From positions 1 through 64,000 of the forward strand of contig MU005974.1 in NCBI GenBank assembly GCA_010093745.1: a stretch of 64,000 nt of DNA, given 5' to 3'. The position numbers and the translations under genes are program-made. Below, one piece after another: positions 24,906 to 38,700 of the stretch. Origin of the DNA: Piedraia hortae CBS 480.64. Its lineage: Eukaryota. The notes under the pieces were generated by a model. That model saw only the letters and a list, made by a program, of their open reading frames with translations, did not search any database and was not told where the DNA came from. The stretch's first letter is position 1. The number at the start of each line of letters is the position of its first letter.

Positions 24906-26013
24906 ATGCCCGCCACAACCGCCGAGACGCTGTCGATAGTGAACCGCTCAGTCTCGGTCGCTCCGCTCGTTCTTCTCTCCGCTGCAGATCACTATGGCCG
25001 CACAGCAAAAGGCACCAAGCGGCGCGTTGTCGGCGTTCTACTGGGCCAAAACGATGGCAACAGCGTGCGCGTGTCCAACAGCTTCGCGGTGCCCTTTGAA
25101 GAGGATGACAAGGACCCCTCGGTGTGGTTCCTGGACCACAACTACATTGAGTCAATGAACGACATGTTCAAGAAGATCAATGCGCGCGAGAAACTCATTG
25201 GATGGTATCATTCGGGGCCCAAGCTTCGCGCCAGCGACTTGGAGATAAATGAGCTTTTCAAGCGATATACGCCAAATCCGCTGCTGGTTATCATTGACGT
25301 CCAACTCAAGGGCGTTGGGGTACCTACAGACGCCTATTTCGCTGTCGAGGAGATCAAAGATGTGAGCTATACGCCTATAGTATATTGGAAACGGGTAGCT
25401 AACAACTTACCAGGACGGCACGAGCACATCCAAGACATTTGTTCACACCCCCAGTACAATTGAAGCCGAAGAGGCCGAAGAGATCGGAGTCGAGCACCTT
25501 CTCCGTGACATCCGAGACGTTGCCGTCGGCACATTGTCGACGCGTATAACGTCACAACTTCAGTCTCTGCAAGGTCTGCATCTCCGCCTCCAGGAAATCG
25601 GGCGCTATCTTGAAAAAGTCCTCTCCGGTGAGCTGCCAGTCAACCACGCCATCTTGGGTAACCTACAGGATGCCTTCAACTTACTTCCAAACCTCAGCAC
25701 ACCAAAAGCTGCAGGCAAAGACGAGTCTCCCAGCAGCAGCTCGTCGGAAATCACCGAGCTGTCTAAGGCAATGAGCGTCAAGACCAACGACCAACTGATG
25801 GCCATTTATCTCTCGAGTCTGATAAGGTCCATTACGGCCTTCCACGATCTCATTGAAAACAAAATCCAAAACAAGCGTCAGCAGGAAGACGAAGACGCAT
25901 GCAAGGAAGAGGCTGCCAAGCAAGAGGAAATAAAAAAGGAGGAGAAGCTGATGCTTGACGACAAAGATACGAGCAAAGGAAAGGAGGAGAAGCAAGAAAG
26001 GGGAAAGAAATAG
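24906..26013 (+). CDS. RPN8: 26S proteasome lid subunit Rpn8 (MPN domain)
   Basis: Intron 25362-25413; [62 protein letters not shown]. Confidence 0.95.
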
Positions 26014-26121
26014 ACCTGTATGCATACATCAATAATTTAGTGGGCGCAAAGCATCAAGTGATCCAGTCTGGGAGGGGACCATCAGATTCAAGGCTCAAAG
26101 GCCTGAGGAAGACAGGATTGT

Positions 26122-26631
26122 TCAACCGGCTGCGAGACCAGCTAATTCTTCCAACGAGACTCTTCTTCGCTGGTATGACTTCTCCCACCCGGCCCCCTTT
26201 CCCCTGTCAATGAACAAACAGGCGAGGAGATGCTTACACATTGGTTGCATTCTGTGGTCTGAAACATCATGGCCTGCTGGTTCCAAGGAAGGAAAGACAG
26301 CAAACGCAAAGGCAGCACACGAACAAGTCCACGCTGATATTCGAATTTCATGGAGCCTTTCGGCGCTATAATTTGCATTTCTTCTCCTGGATGTTGGCTT
26401 GTCCTTTGTGGAGCGAACGTAGTATGCTCCCACCTCTACGCCTTGATCTTCGTGATACAAAAATTCGACCATATTCCGATCAAGAAGGTCTAATGCCGGT
26501 ATGAGATGCTCTGGATACAGTGCTTGCAAAGTTAGGTAACGTTCTCTGATATTTGCCACCGATTCTTGCTGGATGGAGGATGGCGGCGGAAGAGAGGTTA
26601 GCAACGATGATAGCAGTTCTTCTTGAAGCAT
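26122..26631 (-). CDS. SWIM zinc-finger protein (Sws1/ZSWIM7-like)
   Basis: LIPALDLLDR..AYYVRS..WTCSCAAFAF..MCKHLLAC (CxC..CxH SWIM pattern). Confidence 0.75.
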   Translation of the reverse strand: MLQEELLSSLLTSLPPPSSIQQESVANIRERYLTLQALYPEHLIPALDLLDRNMVEFLYHEDQGVEVGAYYVRSTKDKPTSRRRNANYSAERLHEIRISAWTCSCAAFAFAVFPSLEPAGHDVSDHRMQPMCKHLLACLFIDRGKGAGWEKSYQRRRVSLEELAGLAAG

Positions 26632-27113
26632 TTTGGCCCATGTAATCTGTGGTGGCTGATCAGCAGGATCGGCGGTTGTCTACTGTGGGCGGCCCGTGCC
26701 GCCGTAACACATAAACAAAATCGTTCAAGAGCAAAGCTCTTCCGAATTGCAGCTGGCAATAAGCTGAGCATCTGTCTACGGAATCGGAAGCTTGATCAAT
26801 AGGAAAGCAGGAACACTCGAGCAGTGGCTCTTATCGGAACGCACATAGCTCTCTCTGCCCTGATTGGTCATCTGCATGTCGGGTCTGACATTGACATTAG
26901 CGGCTAGCAGCCAGCTGGCACCTGCATCAGCCGGGCTACAGCAAGTTTAAGCGGTTGAGGTGAGAACGGCAGCGCGATAAGGTTCTGTCGTAGCTGTGGA
27001 TACTGTGACTCTCCCTTCGGTTCCGTAAGAACACGTTTCCGGCCCCGTGCGTAAGGGTCCTCCCCAATCAAAACTTTTTGTGACTTCATGCCCCAACACC
27101 GCTTACTCCCACA

Positions 27114-29394
27114 ATGAGTCTGCGAGACGCAGCTTCGACTAACATGTCGTACGGCGACGCGTCTGGCATCGACCACGGCCATGGTCTGGTCAAGCGGCGC
27201 GTGGCCGAGCCTCAGAGCAGCGAAGCCTTTCCCCCGTTGCAGGACAAGGTCAAGCACAAGGCAGGTCTTTATGATAGAGATGTAGCCGGCTGGACTGACA
27301 GAACAGGCACCATCCCTTCTACAGACGCTCGACAAATGGGAGCCGCTGCTGGCGCCGCTCGTCTTCACGGCCCTCGCCTTCTTCACCCGCATGTGGAAGA
27401 TTGGCCTGTCCAACATCGTCACCTGGGATGAGGCTCACTTTGGCAAGTTCGGTAGCCACTATCTCAAGCGTGAGTTCTACTTCGACGTGCACCCGCCGCT
27501 GGGCAAGATGCTGGTTGGGCTGTCGGGCTACCTGGCTGGGTACAATGGCTCGTTCGAGTTCAAGTCTGGCGAGACCTATCCGCCGGAGCTCAATTACACC
27601 TTCATGCGGCTGTTCAACTCGGCCTTCGGCGCCCTCTGCGTGCCGCTGGCCTATTACACGGCGCGCGAGCTACACTTCAAGCGGCCGACGGTCTGGCTGG
27701 TGACGCTAATGGTGCTACTGGACAACAGCTACGTGACCATAAGCCGCTTCATTCTACTCGACAGTATGCTGCTCTTCTTCACCTTTACCACTGTCTTCTG
27801 CTGGGCCAAGTTCCACAACCAGCGGCGCAATTCGTTTGACCCCGAGTGGTTCGCCTGGCTTGTTCTTACGGGGCTCTCGATCGGCTGTGTGTGCAGCGTC
27901 AAGTGGGTGGGCGCATTTGGCACCGCTCTGGTAGGCCTATACACGATTGAAGATCTGTGGAACAAGCTGGGCAATCGCCGCCTGTCGTATAAGACACTGG
28001 GCGCGCACTTTGCCTTCCGTGTTGTCGGCCTTATCGTCATCCCGCTCGCCGTCTACATGTTCTCGTTCTGGATACACTTCTTGATTCTGGAAAACAGTGG
28101 GCCGGGCGATGCGCAAATGTCGTCGCTATTCCAGGCGAATCTACGTGGAACAGACGTCGGCAAGGACAGTCCGCTGGAGGTGGCGCTGGGGTCGCGCGCA
28201 ACGCTGAAGAACATAGGCTACGGCGGCGGCCTGCTCCATTCCCACGTGCAGACATACCCTGAGGGCTCCACGCAGCAGCAAATCACCTGCTACCACCACA
28301 AGGATGCCAACAATGATTGGTTCTTCTACCCGAACCGCGCTGACCCCGATCTGGACATAGAGGCTCCGCCGCGCTTCGTCGGCGACAAGGACACGATCCG
28401 CCTCATTCACGCCCAGACTGGCCGCAATCTCCATTCGCACACCATCAAGGCTCCCGTGACCAAGGCTGATTGGGAAGTGTCTTGCTACGGCAATTTGACC
28501 GTTGGCGACACCAAAGACCACTGGATCGTAGAGGTTGTGAATGATGCCGCATCCAAGGACTATTCGCGGCTGCGCACGCTGACGACAGCGTTCCGTCTGC
28601 GGCACGCTGACCTTGGCTGCTACCTGCGCGCTGGGAACGTGAATCTGCCGCAATGGGGCTTCAAGCAGATTGAGACGACATGCGTTAAGGCCAACCACCC
28701 TCGCGACCCCTATACGCACTGGAATGTCGAGTCCCACGTCAACGAGAAGCTGCCGCCGGGTGATCCAGGCTCCTACAAATCGCCTTTCCTGCGCGATTTC
28801 ATCCATCTCAACGTGGCCATGGCAACGTCCAACAATGCATTGGTGCCAGATCCGGATAAACAGGACGATTTGGCATCGAAGCCGTGGCAGTGGCCGTTGC
28901 TTCACGTCGGACTCCGCATGTGCGGCTGGGACGATCACATTGTGAAATACTTCTTACTGGGCAATCCTCTGGTATACTGGGGGTCCACGGCATCGCTCGG
29001 CTTCTTTGCAGCCATGGTGGCTTGGTACGCCATCCGCTGGCAACGCGGCTACGATGACTTTACGTGGAAACAGCTGGATCACTTCCACTATGCTGGCATA
29101 TACCCTGTGCTTGGCTGGATCCTTCACTACCTGCCATTTGTCGCCATGGCCCGCGTCACCTATGTCCACCACTATTACCCAGCGCTCTACTTTGCCATAC
29201 TCTGCTTCGGCTTCTGTGTTGATTGGTGCACGGCGGGGCTACGGCCGCAGACGCGCTGGGCTGCCTATATGCCGTTGTATGCCGGCGTCATTGGTTTATT
29301 CTGGATGTTCCGAGCAATCTGCTTTGGCATGGAGGGCTCGCACAAGCAATGGGCGCATCTGAAATGGTTTGACCGGTGGAGGATGACGGATTAG
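27114..29394 (+). CDS. PMT2: Dolichyl-phosphate-mannose protein O-mannosyltransferase, PMT2 subfamily
   Basis: VTWDEAHFGKFGSHY, FDVHPPLGKML, MIR domains, YVHHYYPALYF; short exon 1 spliced to an acceptor at 27306 (donor uncertain). Confidence 0.92.
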
Positions 29395-29469
29395 GGGCTA
29401 ATGCGTAACTATTAACGGTTTGGTACTGTAATATATACTTAGTCATGGGTCATGTGAACGGCAGGCGCG

Positions 29470-30022
<553 letters not shown>

Positions 30023-30964
30023 TACCATAGGTATGGTTGATGTGGCCCTGTATGTGTCCTTCTCAGGGCTGGGCATGGGGTAGTCTTGCAAGTCTGTATG
30101 AATGCTTATCTTTTCACAGTACTTTACTCGGCATACGCAGTGTAGATGGGCCTTCATTTAGCGCCCGTGCTTAAGGCTATTCTCTTTCGCGACTCGTCAT
30201 TCAGTGCCCTCTCATTTTCTAACCTTTGTCCATATTTCTACCCCCCACCCCCAGATTGAGTGTCATCTTAACCTTTATCCACATAACCTCCAATCTCCCG
30301 ATTTGCTTGACGATTGGAACCATATCCGCCAAGGATGAACTTCACCTGAAAGTCAGCTGACGCATAACTTAATTCGTGGAAGAATTCGGTCCCAGACCGG
30401 GCCCACTGGGCATACACTCTTGCGATTGACCCTCTTCCTGGATCTGGGCGAGCGATACATCTTCTCCACACGCAGAGTCGACAAACTCCTGCTGAAATAT
30501 TGCAAAAGCGCTACGGAGTTTGAAATGTAAGGATCAAACTCTCCAACAACAGGGACTATACGAACGCCCTCATGCGTCCACCAAGTGAAGTGAAGCGACC
30601 TCGCGTTCGTCAATCAGCGGATATGCTCGCCGTTATCAAGACTATCGTCCAAAAGCCTAAGGAAACTCGATTGAAATTTCAATCTCGCTGCAACTGAGAA
30701 GGTCCGGCGGTGTTCATCCGCATTAGTGTCCGATGTGTACCTTTCATCCGTAATTCGTACGACCTTGCAGTCTTATCTTATCCGGATATAACGAATCCTG
30801 ACGTTGTCTCAGCTACAGTCGCCACAGCTTCCAATGACACACCTTCAAAGCCGCCAACGTTTGAAGTCACAATACAGCGCTGGAACATTGCATAATCCTA
30901 CAAATTCGTGCTCGTTATTTCTAAGACCGTAGAGATTTACTACATGGTATTTGGTGTGGTTCTA

Positions 30965-31260
30965 AGTGACAGTGTGTTGATGAGTAGCTCTTCGATTGTC
31001 ATGTAGAAGACAGGCAAGTGAATCAATGATCAAGTGTCTTGGTTCAAAAGAGTTTATTGGGAATAGCGTTGGAAGTGTCGTATGTACAGGCGCGTTGTGT
31101 AGCTGCGTAGGCAGCGAAGGATGTGCAGTGGAAGCCGAAGCCTGTGACGTGGACACGTTTGAGGTATTCTAGAAGATTGTAAGTTTGAGATCTGCGATAT
31201 ACATTTCGTTTTGAGACGCCACGCCAGTTTTCGCATAAAGTGACGGTTGGAATGACCAAC
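30965..31260 (-). pseudogene. 5' fragment of the NLR family (N-terminal leader only)
   Basis: STSQASASTAHPSLPTQLHNAPVHTTLPTLFPINSFEPRHLIIDSLACLLHDNRR aligns by eye with ASKASASTSQPSHPSQPQHAPVQTSTSVPTSKNPFQDKSQLKRDVLEALRDRRK of the NLR at 35755; no recognisable NACHT downstream. Confidence 0.6.
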
Positions 31261-31915
31261 TTCGAGTCGGGGATAAACGAAGCTTGAGCACAACCTCCAT
31301 CCCAAGGGTGAGATCTAATGTGTGCATAAAACTGACTGATGACGTGTATAAGTGCAAGCGGAGGGAGACGTCTCAAAAATATTTCCAACATCGGCCTTGC
31401 CCACGCGGTGGACAAAAGTAGCGTCCCTCCTCAGTGCGTCGCAAAACCGCGCCGCAAAACAACACAGTTTCTTGTTTCATGCCACAAAAACTGGGTCTAC
31501 AATGTTCAAATTTTGCGTATATCTAGTGCTATGGTGATAGAACATTCAGGACATGGTTTTGAATGAACAATATTTCGTGATAATCCTGTCAGCATCGATA
31601 AAGGCGGAGAAACATGTTGGTATTACAGAGCGCCAATTTTGAGTCGAATTCTGCAAAAAAACCCACCAGTGACGACTTCTTAGACCGAAGATTGGATCCA
31701 ATGTAGTTGTTTCCTCATCGGTCTCGATCGAGCACAGTTCTGGGAAACCGGAGCAAATCAATCGACTATCAAGCTATGGCTGCATATTCTTTGCTCAACA
31801 ATAACACCTCTGTCCGCAAAGACTCCGTGTGAAGAGCCTGGATCATCTGGAAGCACCAGATCAGTATACTCTATTCTCTGAATTTCTAAGATTTCTCACC
31901 AAAAAATCTCGTGTA

Positions 31916-32275
31916 TGTTGGATTCAAGCATCGCCGCTAGCGCGTATGCGGGACACTTGCATAGCAAGTCAGCAATACCTCCTATACTACCAGCTGCACC
32001 CTAGGTTTTTCCCTCACAGAGGTTTTCCCTCAGGGTCATGTCATATGTGACATGGTGAATGCGCCCTGCTAGTGTACGACGTGACGTCACCGGCCCACCG
32101 GTACAGAATTTTCATTCTGAAGTCCCCTTATAGAGATAGATAGTCACGTCACACTGTCATATCGACACTGGTATTGACTCATATACATCTACATCTGTCC
32201 TGTCCTTGATTCCGTCTATCGCTCCGTCCTCTTCGGGTCGCTGCGCAATCTCACCCACGCGACCTAATTTCTGCA
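31916..32275. mobile_element. Solo LTR (family A, copy 2), opposite orientation to copies 1 and 3
   Basis: TGTTGG..TGCA; reverse complement of 33733-34094 and 10294-10654. Confidence 0.88.
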
Positions 32276-32299
32276 CCGAGCTGATCAAGACATGGTCTG

Positions 32300-33455
32300 T
32301 CATCTCGTCAATTGAGATTACCCGGAAAAGGACCAAGCTGCATCAACTCTTCCATGTCCCAAAAATGGCTCGTAGACATGGTCCAGCAATCGGTGGCATA
32401 ACTCAGATGCAGAAAGCAGGCAACAAGTATATTCGAGTACAATACGCCCACACCGATAATTAAGCGGCATCGCTCGATATGAGCAATAAGAACGTCGTAA
32501 ATTTTGCCATGCACTACATTGCAGAAGATGAATATTGGCGTGTCCAGCAACAAGATATGACGCATCCTGGCTCTGACATAGTGCAACTCTACCAGGAGCC
32601 TTTCATGCGCAGATTGCTTGGTTTGCCAGACGATCCTGAGCAGTATTCGGCAGCAGAAGCCATGAGAAGCCAACTTTCGGGCCCAACCCAAGCAGTGCAT
32701 GACGATCACGTGCTAAAATATGGCCTGGGTTGGGCAGGCGGAGATTATTGCCAATATTTTAAAACCGCTGGGCCCATTCCCTGCGCTGTTGGCTCTTTTG
32801 TGCAATGCACACATAGCAATACTGTGTAACGGGTAAAGGCCCTGCTGCGGACAGTCAGGGCTCCGAGACTTGCAATTGCATTGGTGGACGAGTATTATTT
32901 GGCCAGTCCTCGCAATGAGTCCAAACAATCCTGTGCGTGGTGGAAAATTCCTTTGCTGGCGCTGAGAGGCACACACACCGACATCCACATACAGGAGCTT
33001 ACCCGGGTCAGTAATGTGCGACACCTTTGCCATGCAGGATGATGTGGCATGGTAACAAGTCCATTCGCATACCGGCGTGGGAGGGGGGATGTTGATGAAC
33101 AAATCTGGCAGCATGCACCTGACGATGACTCAAGCCGATACATGGTGAACTGTCGGAGGGGTGAACCTCCGAGGACCAGAGCGGAGTGGATGTCAAGGAC
33201 GAAAGTTTTCACTCAACTTTTACTGAAAAAGGTGAAAATGTAATTGTCTATCTCTATGAGGTGAGGTTCGAAACCTCCCCCACACTACCTCAGTCTGACC
33301 GCATTTGCCAGGACAACGTCAGCGAACCATGCCCTTAAGCATGAACGAGACAATGACCCGTCTCAGGGAAAACTTCCTCTATAGAGGTAAAAACCCTGAG
33401 AAGTTTCGACTTCTATCTATGGTTCTGGTCATGGTGGGTGCTACATCCTTTTGAC
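32300..33455 (+). pseudogene. Family X relic (copy B)
   Basis: 51-nt intron 33261-33311 (GTGAGG..CTGAC..CAG) and last exon TTSANHALKHERDNDPSQGKLPL* (stop 33382-33384); upstream ORF pieces such as 32479..32829 are broken. The 5' boundary is uncertain. Confidence 0.5.
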
Positions 33456-33732
33456 ATGAACATACACATGCTCAGGTTTCATGTGTAGTTTCGATGAGTA
33501 TTTGCATGAGAGAAATCTCACAACGCAGTTCATAATCGAGCGAGGTAGTAACAACGTTATCAGGTGCGGGAGTTGACTCCGTCCCAGTAGATTTCCTTAG
33601 GCGAAGTGCTACTTAAACCCTAATGCGTCTTCAGCCTGACGCAGTCTGAAAACCTAAAGACCCCGCAGTCTGATGTCAGGCTGCAAGAGAATGCAGGCCG
33701 ATACAGGCTGACGCGGGGTTGGCTATGTACAC

Positions 33733-34094
33733 TGTAGAGATTTAGCTCGCGTGGGGTGAGATTGCGCAGCGACCCGAAGAGGACGGAGCGATAGACGGAA
33801 TCAAGGACAGGACAGATGTAGATGTATATGAGTCAATACCAGTGTCGATATGACAGTGTGACGTGACTATCTATCTCTATAAGGGGACTTCAGAATGAAA
33901 ATTCTGTACCGGTGGGCCGGTGACGTCACGTCGTACACTAGCAGGGCGCATTCACCATGTCACATATGACATGACCCTGAGGGAAAACCTCTGTGAGGGA
34001 AAAACCTAGGGTGCAGCTGATAGTGTAGGTGGTATCGCTGATTTGCTATGCAAATGCCCCGCATACGCGCTAGCAGCGGTGCTTGAATCCAACA
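33733..34094. mobile_element. Solo LTR (family A, copy 3)
   Basis: TGTAG..CCAACA; same orientation as copy 1 and inverted relative to copy 2. Confidence 0.88.
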
Positions 34095-34233
34095 GGCTTC
34101 AGGTTCGTGCTCGGCTGATTATGATGGGACATCGGTGCAGTGCGTTTTTAGGGCTGGGTGAGGCCGGATGAGCTAGGACGCGCAATCCATGTACCTAGGA
34201 GAACCTCCAGGTTTTGAGACAGCGTGTAAACGC

Positions 34234-34480
34234 TGTGGTGTTGTGACTAAGCCGACGCTGGTCATGTTGCTTCTCGGTAGCTTCCAACACGAAGTTGCCC
34301 TACGCACCAAGACAAATAATCTGCAAAGGTTGGGGTGGCTAGAGAAAAGGCTGGCGAAGAGGTTGGAAAGAGGTTGGGCTCCTCAACGGAAGGCTGGGAG
34401 CATCGGAATTCATTGTATATAAAGTCAGTCCTTGAGAGAAAGAAGAGAGACTTATAATTTTATCTTTTCACCCCTCCACA
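34234..34480 (+). mobile_element. Possible solo LTR of another family
   Basis: TGTGGTG..CTCCACA imperfect inverted termini with internal TATATAAA; no TSD and single copy in the window. Confidence 0.3.
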
Positions 34481-35754
34481 GTCGTCCAATCTTTCTATGC
34501 AAAACATGTGGCTGTCCAAGTGTGAAGCGGCCTATTGCGTAATTCGTCATTCAATTCTCAACGTATCCACGAGTCAAACGTCTTAGTCGTCATAGGATAC
34601 GAAAGATGATGTCCTTGTTACTGCCAAGCTACCAAGACTCCAGAGGAGGTGAGGATGCCGGTCACCTTAACCCTATTGAGACTGGCTCCCAGCTAACATC
34701 AACAAATACATGCCGCTTCGGCCAGATAAATCACAATGCTCCCAACACATTGGGTAGCATTGCTTGTCTTGGGCCTCGCATATCTGCCTCACACAATTAT
34801 TAGGATGATTGAAGAAATATGCGCCACAAAACAGGATCGTTTTCGGCCGACATGGCTCAGCGAGACTGTATTAAAAAGCCTGGCTAAAGATCAGATCGTT
34901 GACCTGTAATATTGTTGGTTATTGACTGAATTGAACCCATTGTTTACTTGCCATGCCCACATAATGACAGCTTCACTTTTATACCCAGATCTACACAGAA
35001 TAACATTGACTCACTCAACTGTGTGTCTTAGAAGAGGTGATGTAGAACTAAGGTTCAAGAGCGGCTCCTCGCCGTTCGACCGTAGAAGATATGGATACCT
35101 TACTCATTACCTCAGTTGCACACCGCATCTTCGTCGATTCCCTGTAGAACGTCGGAAGGTCATGATAGAGGTAGTCTAACACTGTTGTGCGTGAATTCAC
35201 TTTGAAAAGCCACACAACCATTCTGCTGTTGGGGAATTTGGGTAGCACATTGTAGCTCTTTTGCTGGCTGCCAGCTGTGACCAGCATATCCACCGTAGCT
35301 CCGTGCGCTTGCATGTTTTTGCTATCAGGACATGTCTCCAGAGTTTGAGGTCCAATCGTAATATTGATTCGCACCATCTATGTACAATTGAAACTCCCAC
35401 CTGGGAAACTACCGTCATTTCGATCCGCTTTATGGCAGCCAACGTTACACAAATATGTCATCGCATGGGATCATATCATCCCGCCTCATAATATGAAGAC
35501 ATCCAATTTTCAAGCCGGGATGTGCTTCTGTGCCAATCTTTTCAAAATGTTGGAGAATCCATAGACTGGCATTGAGTGCTTCTACTCGTTGGGGTTTCAA
35601 CGATCAGATTCACAAACGTCATCGGTGGGTTTCATGCATGCACGTCACTCTGACCCCGCCTCATCTTCCCCAGCCTTGAATGGTGAAGCTCTCCGAACGC
35701 TTTTCCCTATGCTTGTCGAGCTTGCCTATCCCACAACCGCTTCACATGTCCAGC

Positions 35755-38700
35755 ATGGCGCAATGGATGAAGGACTTCGGTTCGAGATGTAAATTACGGA
35801 TATCAACTTTACGAACTGCCGCTTCAAAGGCTTCAGCTTCTACTTCACAACCTTCGCATCCTTCGCAACCACAACATGCACCGGTTCAGACCTCAACTTC
35901 AGTACCGACTTCGAAAAATCCTTTTCAAGATAAGAGTCAGTTAAAGCGCGATGTTCTAGAAGCTTTGCGCGACCGTCGCAAGTTTGTTGAGAAGCAACTT
36001 GGTCCAGATAGTGATCCTGACAGAATCAAGGCCGTGGGTATGGCTCTGAGAGGACGAGACCAGACCGAAAGATCCAATGAATGGATCGCCACGATGGGAA
36101 AAATTGCCCATCATACCATGCAATTTGCTCCGGTATTTGACGTGGAGACGAATGGACAAGCAGAGATCCTTAGTCTACCGTGGGCCGGCATCCGTTCTCT
36201 ATTGATGGTAACTACTAGATCCGTATGTGAAACTCATAATAACATCATTTTTTTCAGGTAGCCCAAAAGGATCGCGAGCAGAATCAGTCGATTTTGAAAG
36301 GTATCGAAACAGCGTTAGATACCTACCATCTCCTCAACGCATACTTTGACATATACAGCCAACTCAAGCACGTGCCCTCGCTTGAACACTTGTATAACAA
36401 TATCCTCGACTTATACGCCCATATTCTGAATTTCTTGGCACACGCTAATAACACATACGATCAGAGCTCCGTGGAACGTATTATACAATCTCTTGCTGGT
36501 GAGGTTATACCAAAATTTGAGGCCGAGCACGACAGGATGCTGAGTACTGTTCGTGACTACGCAGAGGCTTGCAGATTCGAAGCGTCTCAGGAACAACAGG
36601 ATTGGGTCAATAAACAACTTGAGGCGCTGCAGAAAGCCCAGGAAAGCTTGAATGAGGGAGTCAAGGTCATACAGCAAACTTTAGATCTTAATGCTATCCC
36701 ATGCGCTGACGGGGCGGCCTATGATTCTATGGACCTTGGTAATCATGACCATTCTGGCGAACTACAATTATGTCTGAACGACACTCGTGTGCAAATTATA
36801 CAGAGAATAATGGACTGGGCCACTACCGCCAATGATCAGAGAGTGTTTTGGTTATCTGGAATGGCAGGAACAGGTAAATCGACGATTGCTCGAACCATTG
36901 CCCATAGATTGGCGAAAGACGGATACTTGTCGGGGAGCTTTTTCTTCAGGCGTGGTCAGGAGAAACTGGACCGTGCTCATTATTTATTTCCCACTCTTGC
37001 CCGACAAATGGCCTATTTCATGCCTAGCATCGGGCACAAGATTGCTGCTGCCTCACGCCGGTCACCTCATGATCTACATGCTAAAGTTTTGGCAAGTCAG
37101 TTCAACGCCCTTTTTGAAGAGCCACTTTCGGGATATAGCACGGGGCATGTGACAGATATCAGGGTGATTGTCATTGATGCACTGGACCAGTGCGAGGACT
37201 GGGAGGCGATTGGTTATGCTATAGCTCTATGGCCGACACTCAGGGCCCATACTTCCATGAACTTGAGGGTGTTTGTGACAAGCCGTACAGACAATAAAGT
37301 TGGTGATAAGCTGAGCAAGATGGAACACAAGGATCTCCAGCATGAGAGGCTCGAGCTCCTGCAAAGGAGCACCATCAAACATGACTTGACAATGCTCTGT
37401 CGTCACGAACTGAAGAAACTGCGCGAATAGAGCAAGAACCAGTGGAGCTACGATGAGCTAAAAGATAATTGGCTAGTCGACAAACTTGTGGACATATCCC
37501 AGCCACTGTTCATTGTGGCTTCCACAATCTTCAGCGACGTGAGGAACAGCAATGATCCACCAACGAAACTACAAGAGTGGGTGGCCGGGCTTGAATCCAC
37601 TCGCTCAGAAGAATTGGCCACAATTTATTCCCGGATTCTTGAGCAAGCTGCTGTCCACGACTCGAACTGGCCTCCCCAATTTGACGAGGTCATCAAGCCT
37701 ATCGCTACTTTGTTCGTGCCGCTCACCATTCCGGCGATTACGGAATTGCTGGTAAAAGGAGACAAGATGGTCGTTCATAACGCTCTCAAACCTTTGAGTT
37801 CTGTCATTGACTTTCCCAGTCGTGAAGAGATGCGAATGAGCTCACGCGCCACGGTACAAATATACCACGAATCCTTCCGGGACTTCGTTATGGACTACAG
37901 TCTCAGGAATCATCCTAAAATCTGGATTGACAGAAGACAAGTACATGGCGTCCTCATGAGCAACTGTTTAAACTTGCTCAAGAAAAATTTGGTCCGCGAT
38001 GTTTGCAAGCAGAAGGATCCAGGGACTGAACGCAAAGCCGTGCCACACGAGCATGTCGAAAAACACATCTCAGAGGCAGTACAGTACGCTTGTTGTAATT
38101 GGGTTGGCCATGCAATAAACAGCAAGCTCATGATTAAGGAAGGGAAACAAGTCGACCTTTTCTTGCGCGCATATTTTCTCTTATGGACAGAGGCAATGGC
38201 GTGGCTGGACAAGCTTGGTGAAATGGTAGCAAGTCTCAAGCAGCTGCAAAATGCTCTCGACGTATGTATATTGTCCGCATTCGGTCAGGGAGAATGAAAC
38301 TCATTTCGTACAGACAAAACGCTCATCTGGATTGTATGACTTCATCGTCGACGCTCTGAGATGGGTGCCAGCTAATCGAATCGTGATCAGTGACACACCG
38401 CTTCAAACTTATCTTTCAGCACTGGCTTTTGCGCCGAGAAAGAGTGTTTTAAGGAACATCCACGAGCCTGAGATTGACAAGTTTTTGCAAGTCTGGCCGC
38501 CAATCACGAATGACTGGGGTCCCGTATTACAAACGCTGAGCGGGCACAGTCTTGGGGTACGTTTCATAGCCCCATCGCTCGACGGCAAGAGACTTGTAAG
38601 TACGGCAGAAGATGAGACAGTACGACTTTGGGATACTGAGAGCGGCATTGAGGAGGGGCTTGTGGAGATCAACTCACGCAGCGATGCCTCATGCCCCTCT

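Noticed and set aside
31916..34094. A 2.2-kb DNA transposon with ~360-bp terminal inverted repeats
   Set aside because: The same repeat occurs alone at 10294-10654 with TG..CA ends and a 5-bp TSD, so it is an LTR; the outer flanks show no TSD and no transposase lies inside.
35755..35940. Amyloid signalling motif at the NLR N-terminus
   Set aside because: The leader is Ser/Thr/Pro/Gln-rich without HET-s, PP or sigma-type patterns, and no adjacent HeLo/HeLL effector gene is visible.
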